Shown here: positions 1 through 7,962 of the stretch, one piece after another
How positions within the stretch are numbered: the first letter of the stretch is position 1
How the letters are laid out: every line of letters starts with the position of its first letter
IMG/VR virus record: IMGVR_UViG_3300017917_001271
Coordinates: 1 to 64,000 of that record
Strand: one strand, 5' to 3'
Source: a virus
DNA: 64,000 nucleotides
Position numbers and translations under genes: made by a program
The notes under the pieces: generated by a model
What the model was told of the DNA's origin: nothing
The model's input: only the letters and a program-made list of their open reading frames with translations
Database searches by the model: none

Positions 1-797
1 AATGCTGTCTTACCTGCATTGCCGCCTGGAACGTTGATGTTACCAAAATTTTCTTCTTTTGTTGAAGGATTTAGTAAACCACCTTGTGTGCCACCCTTTT
101 CTGTTGAAAAGCTCTTAGCGATATTTGCAGTTGTACCGCCCATATCGTTCTTACCTGCTACGATTGACTTGGTGTTTGCACCGTTGTCACCGTGCTTTGG
201 AAGTGCTACTTTGTCTACATATTCCATGAACTTAGCTAATTCGTCTTGCTCGCCGCCCATGTCGCCACCCATTTCTGGCTCCATTTCGCCGCCCATGTCG
301 CCCATGTCGCCCATGTCAGCTGGCTCTTCGCTGCCTTCTTCACCTTCGTCGGCCATTAGCTGTTCAAATTCTGCTTTTAATTCTTCTAATGCATCTTCTA
401 GGTCAAGAATGCGATCGGATTGTTCTTCATCAGACATCGAACCTTCACCTTCTTCGTCGCCGTCTGTAACGTCGCCAATTAGGTCATCTGTAGCGTCGCC
501 GCCAACATCATCATCTGCTTCTTCGTCGTCCTCGCCCTCGTCTTCTTCCTCTTCCTCTTCTTCTTCGCCTTCTTCTTCGGCGCCTGGGAAGCCTTCGTCT
601 ACATCTTTATCTTCTTCTTTGTTTTTGTTTTCGTCTTCATCTTCGTCTTCGCTGACGCTGAAGTCTTCGCTTAGTAATTCTTCGTAGATTTCACGAGATT
701 TTGCTACTACGATATTATGAAAAATTTCTTTTGCTGTTTCTTGATCTTCATTGATCAAAGCCTCAAGCATGGCTTCAAATTGTGCGCGGTCAGTCAT
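1..797 (-). CDS. Highly acidic prohead core/scaffold-like protein (3' end runs off the window)
   Basis: Not in the ORF track because there is no stop in the window. ATG at 797 with AGGAGA SD; reads MTDRAQFEAMLEALINEDQETAKEIFHNIVVAKSREIYEELL, then a long E/D-rich tract. Lies downstream of the portal and has TAAATA late boxes upstream. Confidence 0.7.
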   Translation of the reverse strand, partial: MTDRAQFEAMLEALINEDQETAKEIFHNIVVAKSREIYEELLSEDFSVSEDEDEDENKNKEEDKDVDEGFPGAEEEGEEEEEEEEDEGEDDEEADDDVGGDATDDLIGDVTDGDEEGEGSMSDEEQSDRILDLEDALEELKAEFEQLMADEGEEGSEEPADMGDMGDMGGEMEPEMGGDMGGEQDELAKFMEYVDKVALPKHGDNGANTKSIVAGKNDMGGTTANIAKSFSTEKGGTQGGLLNPSTKEENFGNINVPGGNAGKTA

Positions 798-836
798 GTT
801 AAAATTCTCCTGTGATGGTTATACAAGGCTGTATTA

Positions 837-925
837 TATTTACATATAAGTTTAAAAACCCTATGATAATAGCCTAAAAACGACTCGTTTTTATAGGTTT
901 TTGTAATTTCAATGAGGTATTTATG
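837..925 (-). promoter_or_regulatory. Two T4-late-type promoter boxes (GTAAATA 843-837, CATAAATA 925-918)
   Basis: Close to the T4 gp55 consensus TATAAATA; intergenic, upstream of the scaffold-like gene. Confidence 0.55.
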
Positions 926-1160
926 CAGGTTGCTCAAGTGGCAGTTGGTACATGTCGTTAATAAACTGTAATTCTCGCTCCTGCTCTAATATATGGGCTT
1001 CACTTGATTTGCGTAATTCGTTGATTTGACGCAAAGTTAGACGTGTTTTGCGAGTATCGTCTCTATGCAACGTAGCTGTATCACGATCGGCATCATAGCG
1101 TAGATCGTTAGCAGTACGTCTTGTGTCTGGATCAATATAAAATAACTCGCGTAATATCAT
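921..1160 (-). CDS. Small hypothetical head-module protein
   Basis: 79-aa ORF between portal and scaffold, directly after a TATAAATA box. Confidence 0.7.
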   Translation of the reverse strand: MILRELFYIDPDTRRTANDLRYDADRDTATLHRDDTRKTRLTLRQINELRKSSEAHILEQERELQFINDMYQLPLEQPA

Positions 1161-1165
1161 AATAA

Positions 1166-1173
1166 TATTTATA
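1166..1173 (-). promoter_or_regulatory. Late promoter TATAAATA
   Basis: Exact T4 late consensus overlapping the portal stop codon, 5 nt before the ATG at 1160. Confidence 0.65.
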
Positions 1174-2911
1174 CAGTTGGTGCAGCTGCTGGTGCTCCAG
1201 CAACTGGCATTGGTGCGCCGCCTGGTTCGACGCCTTCTGCGCCAAGCTCTCCGGCTATATCGTCGGGTGCTGACAGATCTCCTGCCATGCCTAGATCGCC
1301 TTCAATACCGGCTGCATTAAGTCCTGCGCTACGTAGTTCTCCAGCTGCATCAGTATATGTTGGTAAGCCTTTACCGTTTTCTTCTGCCCACATGCGTTCG
1401 TTGTCTGCGATTTCTTCATCTGTAAGATTTAAGTATCGTTTCATAGCAAATCTTTTTGATATGAAAGGCAGTGCTTGAACAGTATTAAATGTGTTAATAC
1501 GCTCTGTATCCATAGTTGCCTGACGGCTACTTGCGAAGTTTAACGGAGGATTAAACTTTAATTCAAATAGGTTAGCATCAATATTCGCACCTTTTGAATA
1601 CATGTAAAGTTTAAATTCTTCGTCAATAACAGAAGTTACTAGTGCTTGTAGGCGTTCGCAATACTTGTTAAAACGTAATTCTTGAATGTATGCTGTACCA
1701 ACACGGCCGTCGTTGTAACTGGCTTGACTGTCATCGGCACCGGTTGGAAGGTAGCTACTTGGAATACGTAAACCGCGGAATAATTTATTGGTAAAATACT
1801 TTAAATCGTCAATTTCGCCAAGGTTTGTACCGCCTGGTAGTGTTTCTACCTTGCTTCCTCGCCCTTCTGCTGTTTGCGGGAAGAAGTAATCTTCGTTGAT
1901 AGATAACGGATTATAAGCAGAATCAATAACGTTTTGTCCGCCACCAGTTTGGCTAGGTATACGTCTTTGATGTATTTCATTTTTAACCCTTTCTACAAAG
2001 GCCATGGCCATGTGGCTTGGCATATTGCCAACATCAATATGAAACACTCTGCGCTCTGGAGCACGTTGTATACGATAGATAAGGATTGCATCTTCCAGCA
2101 GTTCTTTCTGTTTGTATACTTTAAAAATATTTTCTAATAAACTGTTGCCAAAAGGAAAGTTGTTGTCTAATCCTTCGCTTAGGCTTAGATGAATTACATG
2201 TTCTGCACCGATGGCGTATTCAGTTTCTGTTGTGCCAAAACGACTGCCGTTAGCCGCAGAGTAATTGCCAGTTTTTTGTGTTTGCCCGCCAACTGCACCG
2301 TAGCCGCCTGACCCAGCCATACCGCCAGTGCCTTGTCTTGGATTAATATTTGGTGTAATCTGTGTTACAACTAGATCCATAAAGTTAGGCGCAATATCTT
2401 TGATAATGTACTGTTCTGGCTTTTTGCCGTCACTTTCATTTACAATAATCTTAACAATTTTGCTAGGATCAATGTAGTGCCATTTTTGTGTTTCAGGATC
2501 ACGAATAAAAAATGCGTCACCATACTTAAACGTGTTACGCATCATGCGAAATATTCGCACATCAAACTTTTGTAGTTTACACCATTGCTGTAGATATTCT
2601 CCAAGAATACGAACTTCTGCGTTGGTTGCTTTGTGTCTCCACTGTACAGTAAAAGGAGTTTTGCCGTCTTTTAACTTTTGTGTACTAAATTCTGCTAGGA
2701 TATCTAACGCTGCATTTACTTCAGGATCGCTGTCCATAACTTCGTATTGCTGATAGCGTTCAACACGGTTTGGACTACCAGTATAAACATCAGGTAAGAA
2801 ACTGCTATAGTTGGTTCTTGCTGGGCCGGCACGATTTTGGCTAGTTCCGTTTATTGGACTTAGGTTAGAGCCATTTACAGGCACAGGTGTGAAATATTTT
2901 TTCCAACTCAT
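1169..2911 (-). CDS. gp20: Portal protein, T4 gp20 family
   Basis: Motifs LEDAILIYRIQRAPERRVFHIDVGNMP and EDYFFPQTAEGRGSKVETLPGGTNLGEIDDLKYF. Confidence 0.93.
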   Translation of the reverse strand: MSWKKYFTPVPVNGSNLSPINGTSQNRAGPARTNYSSFLPDVYTGSPNRVERYQQYEVMDSDPEVNAALDILAEFSTQKLKDGKTPFTVQWRHKATNAEVRILGEYLQQWCKLQKFDVRIFRMMRNTFKYGDAFFIRDPETQKWHYIDPSKIVKIIVNESDGKKPEQYIIKDIAPNFMDLVVTQITPNINPRQGTGGMAGSGGYGAVGGQTQKTGNYSAANGSRFGTTETEYAIGAEHVIHLSLSEGLDNNFPFGNSLLENIFKVYKQKELLEDAILIYRIQRAPERRVFHIDVGNMPSHMAMAFVERVKNEIHQRRIPSQTGGGQNVIDSAYNPLSINEDYFFPQTAEGRGSKVETLPGGTNLGEIDDLKYFTNKLFRGLRIPSSYLPTGADDSQASYNDGRVGTAYIQELRFNKYCERLQALVTSVIDEEFKLYMYSKGANIDANLFELKFNPPLNFASSRQATMDTERINTFNTVQALPFISKRFAMKRYLNLTDEEIADNERMWAEENGKGLPTYTDAAGELRSAGLNAAGIEGDLGMAGDLSAPDDIAGELGAEGVEPGGAPMPVAGAPAAAPTV

Positions 2912-2920
2912 TTATGATCC

Positions 2921-4945
2921 TTAGCCGATTAGATTATTTTGAGTCCTAACTGCTTTAACAGTACCTTTAGACCCGTCTTCAACGGCAGCGATAAGCGTAT
3001 CCATCTTAGTATTTAACCTATCTATAGCATCTGATAATAATTTTTTATCGTCATCAGCAGTTGCTGGAAACTTAAATTCTGGAATTTTTATCTGTTGAGG
3101 TAGCGTAGTAATTGCGGTTGTTAAATCTCGCATAACAGTTTCGTTTCCTTGAGCGCCGGTTGGGGCTATACTTCTTAATCCAGCAATCATAGAAGACAAT
3201 ACACCTGATTCTTTCAAAGTGTCCATGGCAAACGCAAGGCGTTGATCCTCCCTAACGACACTTTCTCTGCCGTCTAGTTGCATTATCATACCAGAACCAA
3301 AATCTTCAAACCATTTATCAACTTTCATAGGACCGTTGGCACCTAACGACCCCATTGCTCGTTGTTCGGCTTTAGTGCGTATTGATTCATTTACAACGTT
3401 AACGTGCAATGGATTGGTTGTTGTTTCTCCGTACCTAGGAATACCTTGTGGCTTGCCGTCTGGCGGTGCATTATCAACATCTACTGCTGTACTACTGATT
3501 AATTTTTTAGCAAATGTTTCAATCTGTTCAGGAGTCATGTTTTGGAGATTCATAATCTCATTAAACATACCTCTAGCATCAATACCTTCTAATTTCTTGC
3601 CAGCAGTTGCTTCAAAACTTTCAATGTATTTGCCTACTGCTGTTTGTCCAGATTTAATAGCACGGTCTAGTCCTAACAACATTTGACTGATTGCTGCTCC
3701 TGGGCCGCCTGCTTGATTTAATTGTAGAATTTGTTTAGAGATTGAATCTCTTAGTCTAGCAGAATCTTCTGTTAACTCTTGGAATCTAGCACTATCTCCG
3801 CCTGCGGCTCTGTACTGTTGTGCATAAGCATCAATTTGTGCGCGGCCTTTGCCACCAAAAATTTCAGCAAACATCTTAGCAACACCTTCGTTTCTTGTTG
3901 CTAAGATAGTCAACTGATCCATTCGTTTTTCGTCAGCAGCTGCTTGACCTAACATGTATTTTAATTCTTCTTGTAGTCGTGCAATTTCTCTTTCGTCCGT
4001 GCTGTTGGCCATTTGTTGCATTTTTTCCATGAAGCCAGGCATTACCAAGTTCATTGCACCTGCTATTTCTCTACCTTCAGGTGTTACTACATTTTTAAAT
4101 TTCATCATTTGAACATAGACATCTGCCATACCTGGGCCTAATTGACTCATCATGGCATTTGTTCTATTCAAATTGGCTAGCTGTTCAGGAGTCATAGACA
4201 TTTTAGCTATTTGTACTAACCTGCTCTGTTGCTGTTGGTCTATATCTTTTTGAATTTCTTGTCTGCTACGACCAGTGATTCTAGCCATGTTATCAATTTC
4301 AATAGTGGCTGCGATAGTTGACTGCTGTATCAAACGATTTGTATCTATTCGTGTACGATCTAAATTCTTAAACAAATCAGTTGTAATAGCTAACTGATCT
4401 TGGAACTCTGTTAATCCAATACCCATCAAGTTAGCTACCATAACTTTTTCGTTACGTGCTAGTGCCGCAGAGTTTAATAGGAAAAAGTCTGCAGACTGCT
4501 GAGCATTCATGCCCAAGCCCATGATTTGTTTGCCAGCACCGCCAAGCAGTTTGTTGAAATCGTTAAAAGAAATCTGTGCGCCGGCTAGTCTACCAGTATA
4601 ATCAAATAAGTTTTGACTAAAAGTTACACCGTATCTACCTGACTGAATCATTGCGTCATTCATATCTTTGACGTAATTGATTGTTCCGCTGAATACAGCA
4701 CCTAGTTTTTGACCTACTCCGCCAAATATATCAAATGTTTTGGTTACATCGGCGATAGCGCCGTTTAAATCATACGCACCTGTAGACACTTTAGACAAGC
4801 TACTGGCAGTATTAGTAATACCGTTCCACGCTTGATCAGCCATGCGTTGCCCAGTCATGTTGCCAGATGCAAATCCGCCGCCACGGCCTACGTCTTGTCT
4901 AAGTCCTCTTAACTCTGCTAGTATTTGTTCGTTTAAGTCAGGCAT
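2921..4945 (-). CDS. Tape-measure-like helical tail protein
   Basis: 674 aa, rich in A/G/Q/M, predicted helical; late promoter; adjacent to the chaperone pair. Confidence 0.55.
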   Translation of the reverse strand: MPDLNEQILAELRGLRQDVGRGGGFASGNMTGQRMADQAWNGITNTASSLSKVSTGAYDLNGAIADVTKTFDIFGGVGQKLGAVFSGTINYVKDMNDAMIQSGRYGVTFSQNLFDYTGRLAGAQISFNDFNKLLGGAGKQIMGLGMNAQQSADFFLLNSAALARNEKVMVANLMGIGLTEFQDQLAITTDLFKNLDRTRIDTNRLIQQSTIAATIEIDNMARITGRSRQEIQKDIDQQQQSRLVQIAKMSMTPEQLANLNRTNAMMSQLGPGMADVYVQMMKFKNVVTPEGREIAGAMNLVMPGFMEKMQQMANSTDEREIARLQEELKYMLGQAAADEKRMDQLTILATRNEGVAKMFAEIFGGKGRAQIDAYAQQYRAAGGDSARFQELTEDSARLRDSISKQILQLNQAGGPGAAISQMLLGLDRAIKSGQTAVGKYIESFEATAGKKLEGIDARGMFNEIMNLQNMTPEQIETFAKKLISSTAVDVDNAPPDGKPQGIPRYGETTTNPLHVNVVNESIRTKAEQRAMGSLGANGPMKVDKWFEDFGSGMIMQLDGRESVVREDQRLAFAMDTLKESGVLSSMIAGLRSIAPTGAQGNETVMRDLTTAITTLPQQIKIPEFKFPATADDDKKLLSDAIDRLNTKMDTLIAAVEDGSKGTVKAVRTQNNLIG

Positions 4946-4969
4946 TATTTTTCTACCAAAAAGTGCGTA

Positions 4970-4996
4970 TATAAATACACTATACTAATATTTATC
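4970..4996. promoter_or_regulatory. Opposed late promoters: TATAAATA (+, 4970-4977) and GATAAATA (-, 4996-4989)
   Basis: Both boxes lie in the 62-bp gap between divergent late genes. Confidence 0.65.
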
Positions 4997-5007
4997 TGGA
5001 GTAAAAC

Positions 5008-5835
5008 ATGTCTTTAAATCCGTTACAGAAGTATTTTAGGCAACCTAAAATCTACATCAGTCTTCCCAGTCAAGGTATCTATAACCACAAAGATGCTATC
5101 GAAGGCGATGTCACTAAGTTAGCAGTTTATGGCATGACTGGCATGGACGAAATCATTTTAAAAACTGCTGATGCTCTTATTTCAGGAGAAAGCACAGCTA
5201 GAGTTATTAAAAGTTGCTGTCCTAGTATAGTAGATCCTTGGGACTTGTCCATGTTAGATATTGATATTATGCTGTCAGCAATACGCATTGCTACTTACGG
5301 TAATAATTTAGAATCTACTAGGCTGTGTAACAGTTGTGGCGCAGAAAATACCTATGCCATTGACTTATCTGACATAATAGAATTTTACGGACAATGCCGC
5401 TACAATAACACAGTCAAAGTAGGCGATCTTACAGTTACTATACGTCCGTTGACTTATAAACAGTCAACTGAATTTGCCATGCAAAATTTTGGGCTACAGC
5501 AGAAATTAGGTCAAATTAATAAACTAACAGATGAAGTTGAACGTCAAAATTCCAGTAAAGCCTTGCTAGAAGAACTGTCTTTGCTGAGACAAGAAATATT
5601 TTCTTCAGGAATTGAAAGTATTAGTGTTGGAACTACTGTGGTTACAGATCAACAGCACATTAAAGAATGGATTAGTAATGTTGACAGAGCTGTCAGTGAC
5701 GCAGTTAGTAAACATTTAGACAAAGTTAAACAACAATGGACTCCGCCAACTAAAACCGCAGTCTGTGACAGTTGCGGACATGAAGAATCAATCTACGTTG
5801 AATTGGATCAATCAAATTTTTTCGTAGGCGCCTAA
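5008..5835 (+). CDS. Baseplate hub/tail assembly chaperone, T4 gp26-like
   Basis: NPLQKYFRQPKIYISLPSQG N-terminus, two CxxC pairs, GGAG SD. Confidence 0.7.
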   Translation: MSLNPLQKYFRQPKIYISLPSQGIYNHKDAIEGDVTKLAVYGMTGMDEIILKTADALISGESTARVIKSCCPSIVDPWDLSMLDIDIMLSAIRIATYGNNLESTRLCNSCGAENTYAIDLSDIIEFYGQCRYNNTVKVGDLTVTIRPLTYKQSTEFAMQNFGLQQKLGQINKLTDEVERQNSSKALLEELSLLRQEIFSSGIESISVGTTVVTDQQHIKEWISNVDRAVSDAVSKHLDKVKQQWTPPTKTAVCDSCGHEESIYVELDQSNFFVGA

Positions 5836-5840
5836 TTGGA

Positions 5841-6056
5841 TTGTCTGCCGAAGAAATTAAAGAGTATCTAGTTAGGCTAGAAAGTGAAATAAAAGAATTT
5901 AAAACTGAGCTGGTTCGACTCAGTTGGTACATGAGAGGCGGTGTAACTGTTGATCAATTACTGCATCAGTACAGCTATGACGATCGCAGTTCCATGTATA
6001 CTGTTATCAAAGAAAACATTGATATCAGCAAAGAAACTAATATGCCGTTAGTTTAA
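5841..6056 (+). CDS. Small tail/hub assembly protein, probably reached by -1 frameshift from the upstream gene
   Basis: Weak TTG start; the -1 frame is open from 5802 through a slippery site at 5814-5823. Confidence 0.6.
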   Translation: MSAEEIKEYLVRLESEIKEFKTELVRLSWYMRGGVTVDQLLHQYSYDDRSSMYTVIKENIDISKETNMPLV

Positions 6057-7028
6057 TTATTTGGTAAAGCCGTGCGTCATGTCAATGTCGCTGTCGGCTT
6101 GTCTAAATGGCTTTATCTCAGGTGCTTTAGGCGGTTGTTGTGCTTTGTCACTGCCCATTTTTCTAAGAATAGCATCATATCCAGTCTTAACTGCGTGTCC
6201 GCCGACAAAGTTAATAGCATCCTTAAATGTAGGACCAAAAGGAACTGATGTTTCTGTTCCGTAGAACATGGCCTTACCTACTAGCCAATTGGCAAATGCC
6301 TGTTTGCCTTCGTCTGTGTAGAACCAAGTTTGGAATGTGGCTTTGGCCGCTGGACTGAGCATGTTAAATGCTTTGCCAATTGGACCCCAACCTAAAGGTC
6401 CTAGCATTTGAATGCCGTTAGGTCCTAGTGCCCATCCGATGATTTTGTTACCTGCCCAAGCGGCAACTACTTCTCTTAGGCATTTGTTGATTTCCCATTG
6501 AACAATCCACTGTAGTTTAGCACCTTGATACTCAGGATGTCCTTCTTCGTTTTTCTGATATGCGTCCATGATGTAATAAATCATTTCTGCAATAGGTTTT
6601 CCAATGTTTAAGGCAAGGAAAATTCCGTTGTAAAGAGTTAAACTAGCGCCATACCACAGTTCCATAGCATGAGCTGCATCTCTAACCTTGGGCATTATCT
6701 TGCCTTTGTATAGTTTGTAGGCCAGCTGTTCAGCTTCGTCTAGCACATTCTTCGCTATGCCTGCAGCCTCTGCTTCAGCACGGCCTGCACGTACAGCACT
6801 TGCAATAGTAACATCTGCTTTGCTGGCAGTCATGGACCATCCTTTAGCCAATTCTTCTGCTGCATTAGGATTGTTTTTAACATTATTGGCCAACCACGCC
6901 AATGCTTTTTCTGCTAGATTTCCTATGCCTTTGCCATCAGTCTTGAGAGCATAGCTTAATAAGGTCCAGAATCTTACCATCTGTTCCTGTAATAATCGTG
7001 ATTCGTTTACTATTTCTTTTACTCGCAT
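6057..7028 (-). CDS. Hypothetical late protein with hydrophobic segments (possible internal/ejected protein)
   Basis: 323-aa ORF; CATAAATA 4 nt before the ATG; N-terminus MRVKEIVNES. Confidence 0.65.
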   Translation of the reverse strand: MRVKEIVNESRLLQEQMVRFWTLLSYALKTDGKGIGNLAEKALAWLANNVKNNPNAAEELAKGWSMTASKADVTIASAVRAGRAEAEAAGIAKNVLDEAEQLAYKLYKGKIMPKVRDAAHAMELWYGASLTLYNGIFLALNIGKPIAEMIYYIMDAYQKNEEGHPEYQGAKLQWIVQWEINKCLREVVAAWAGNKIIGWALGPNGIQMLGPLGWGPIGKAFNMLSPAAKATFQTWFYTDEGKQAFANWLVGKAMFYGTETSVPFGPTFKDAINFVGGHAVKTGYDAILRKMGSDKAQQPPKAPEIKPFRQADSDIDMTHGFTK

Positions 7029-7032
7029 GTGA

Positions 7033-7040
7033 TATTTATG
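7033..7040 (-). promoter_or_regulatory. Late promoter CATAAATA
   Basis: Near-consensus box directly upstream of the ATG at 7028. Confidence 0.6.
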
Positions 7041-7048
7041 TGTTATAA

Positions 7049-7130
7049 AGATGAACTACGTTCATCTGTTCATCGCTTCGCTCGAACTTTTATCAAGGAA
7101 TAATTAAAGACATATAAACGCGAAGCGTTT
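7049..7130. repeat. Cluster of three GNA-triloop mini-hairpins
   Basis: AGATGAAC-TAC-GTTCATCT 7049-7067; GTTCATCGCTTCGCTCGAAC 7068-7087; AAACGC-GAA-GCGTTT 7116-7130. Confidence 0.8.
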
Positions 7131-7494
7131 TTAGCATTATCCAGATTGTTCAGTCACACTTTGCCCTTGCGGGCAAAAGTTGAACATTATCCGAGTTGAA
7201 CATGTCACACAGCGTTATGGCATTACAGAGGCGGTTGTCCGGTACCTCGAGCCACGTCTTATTACAACGGCGGTTATTATACAAACGCGGTCTTGTACAA
7301 TAACGTAGGGTTTTTCTCCCTTCTTTTAGCCTTTCCTAACTTCTAAATAGCAAAACCGGTTCATAGGCGTATCCGATCATCGTCCTGTTAAGGATAGTTG
7401 CTAAGTGCTCTTTTGGGCAAAAAGACTTCCACGCTCTGCGACATCACCAGAGATTAGGGCGCACGACATTGGCCTGCGCTAGCCATAAAACCCA
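7131..7494 (-). ncRNA. Candidate large structured non-coding RNA, family not recognised
   Basis: Longest ORF-free gap in the window; at least 8 helices folded by hand, with G-U wobbles and a GCAA tetraloop favouring the minus strand; begins at the GIY-YIG stop. Confidence 0.6.
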
Positions 7495-7929
7495 TTATTT
7501 TGCCTGATTTTGTTCTATTAAGCGTTGCCTAAGTATGTTTGAGCCGCCAACTCTGACGTTAATAATACCATTATAGTAGTCGTCAGATTCTAAAACTCTG
7601 CGTTCAAACTGCTCTCTAGCCTCTAGATATGACATTTCTGCCTTGCTTTTGCAAAGATATAGTATTTCTCGTGTGAATTTTTCCGGACCTAGTGCTTGGA
7701 CATCTGCGTTGAGCCTATCGGATGAACCCCAGTAGTCGCGCCAATCGCTTTCTACTACGCTTCTTCTTTTAAGTTTCTTGCCTTTGAGTGGTGGTTTTGT
7801 ACGTTTAAACTGTGCTAGTTTCTTGCCTATGTATTTTTGTCCGGATACAGTATTGGTTATCAAATAAACGAACCCAATGTAGCCTTCAGGTATATTTTCT
7901 ACTGTTTGATTTTGATATGTCCAAAGCAT
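7495..7929 (-). CDS. Small GIY-YIG family endonuclease
   Basis: GFVYLITN...KYIGKK motif, conserved Glu (YLEAREQF) and YYN; 144 aa with no C-terminal DNA-binding domain. Confidence 0.8.
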   Translation of the reverse strand: MLWTYQNQTVENIPEGYIGFVYLITNTVSGQKYIGKKLAQFKRTKPPLKGKKLKRRSVVESDWRDYWGSSDRLNADVQALGPEKFTREILYLCKSKAEMSYLEAREQFERRVLESDDYYNGIINVRVGGSNILRQRLIEQNQAK

Positions 7930-7962
7930 TACGTATGTAGCGAACTTTGGTCATTAGTGCCT

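Noticed and set aside
251-317. CGCCCATGT tandem repeats
   Set aside because: They encode MGD/MGG low-complexity peptide in the scaffold-like protein; not an array.
19-687. 222-aa Ser-rich plus-strand ORF
   Set aside because: Antisense shadow of the GAA/GAC-rich acidic minus-strand gene, which has the SD and promoter.
7135-7210. CRISPR or TIGR array
   Set aside because: Only two units, and no Cas or Nop-domain gene is recognisable in the window.
7343-7349. Plus-strand CTAAATA inside the structured region as an antisense late promoter
   Set aside because: TAAATA is expected by chance in AT-rich DNA, and no plus-strand gene follows.
7029-7494. Group I/II intron, RNase P, tmRNA or tRNA identity for the structured region
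   Set aside because: No recognisable P7/J8-7 core, domain V, GAGGAAAGUCC or T-arm/CCA end, and the flanking genes look intact. This was judged by eye, so a covariance search is still needed.
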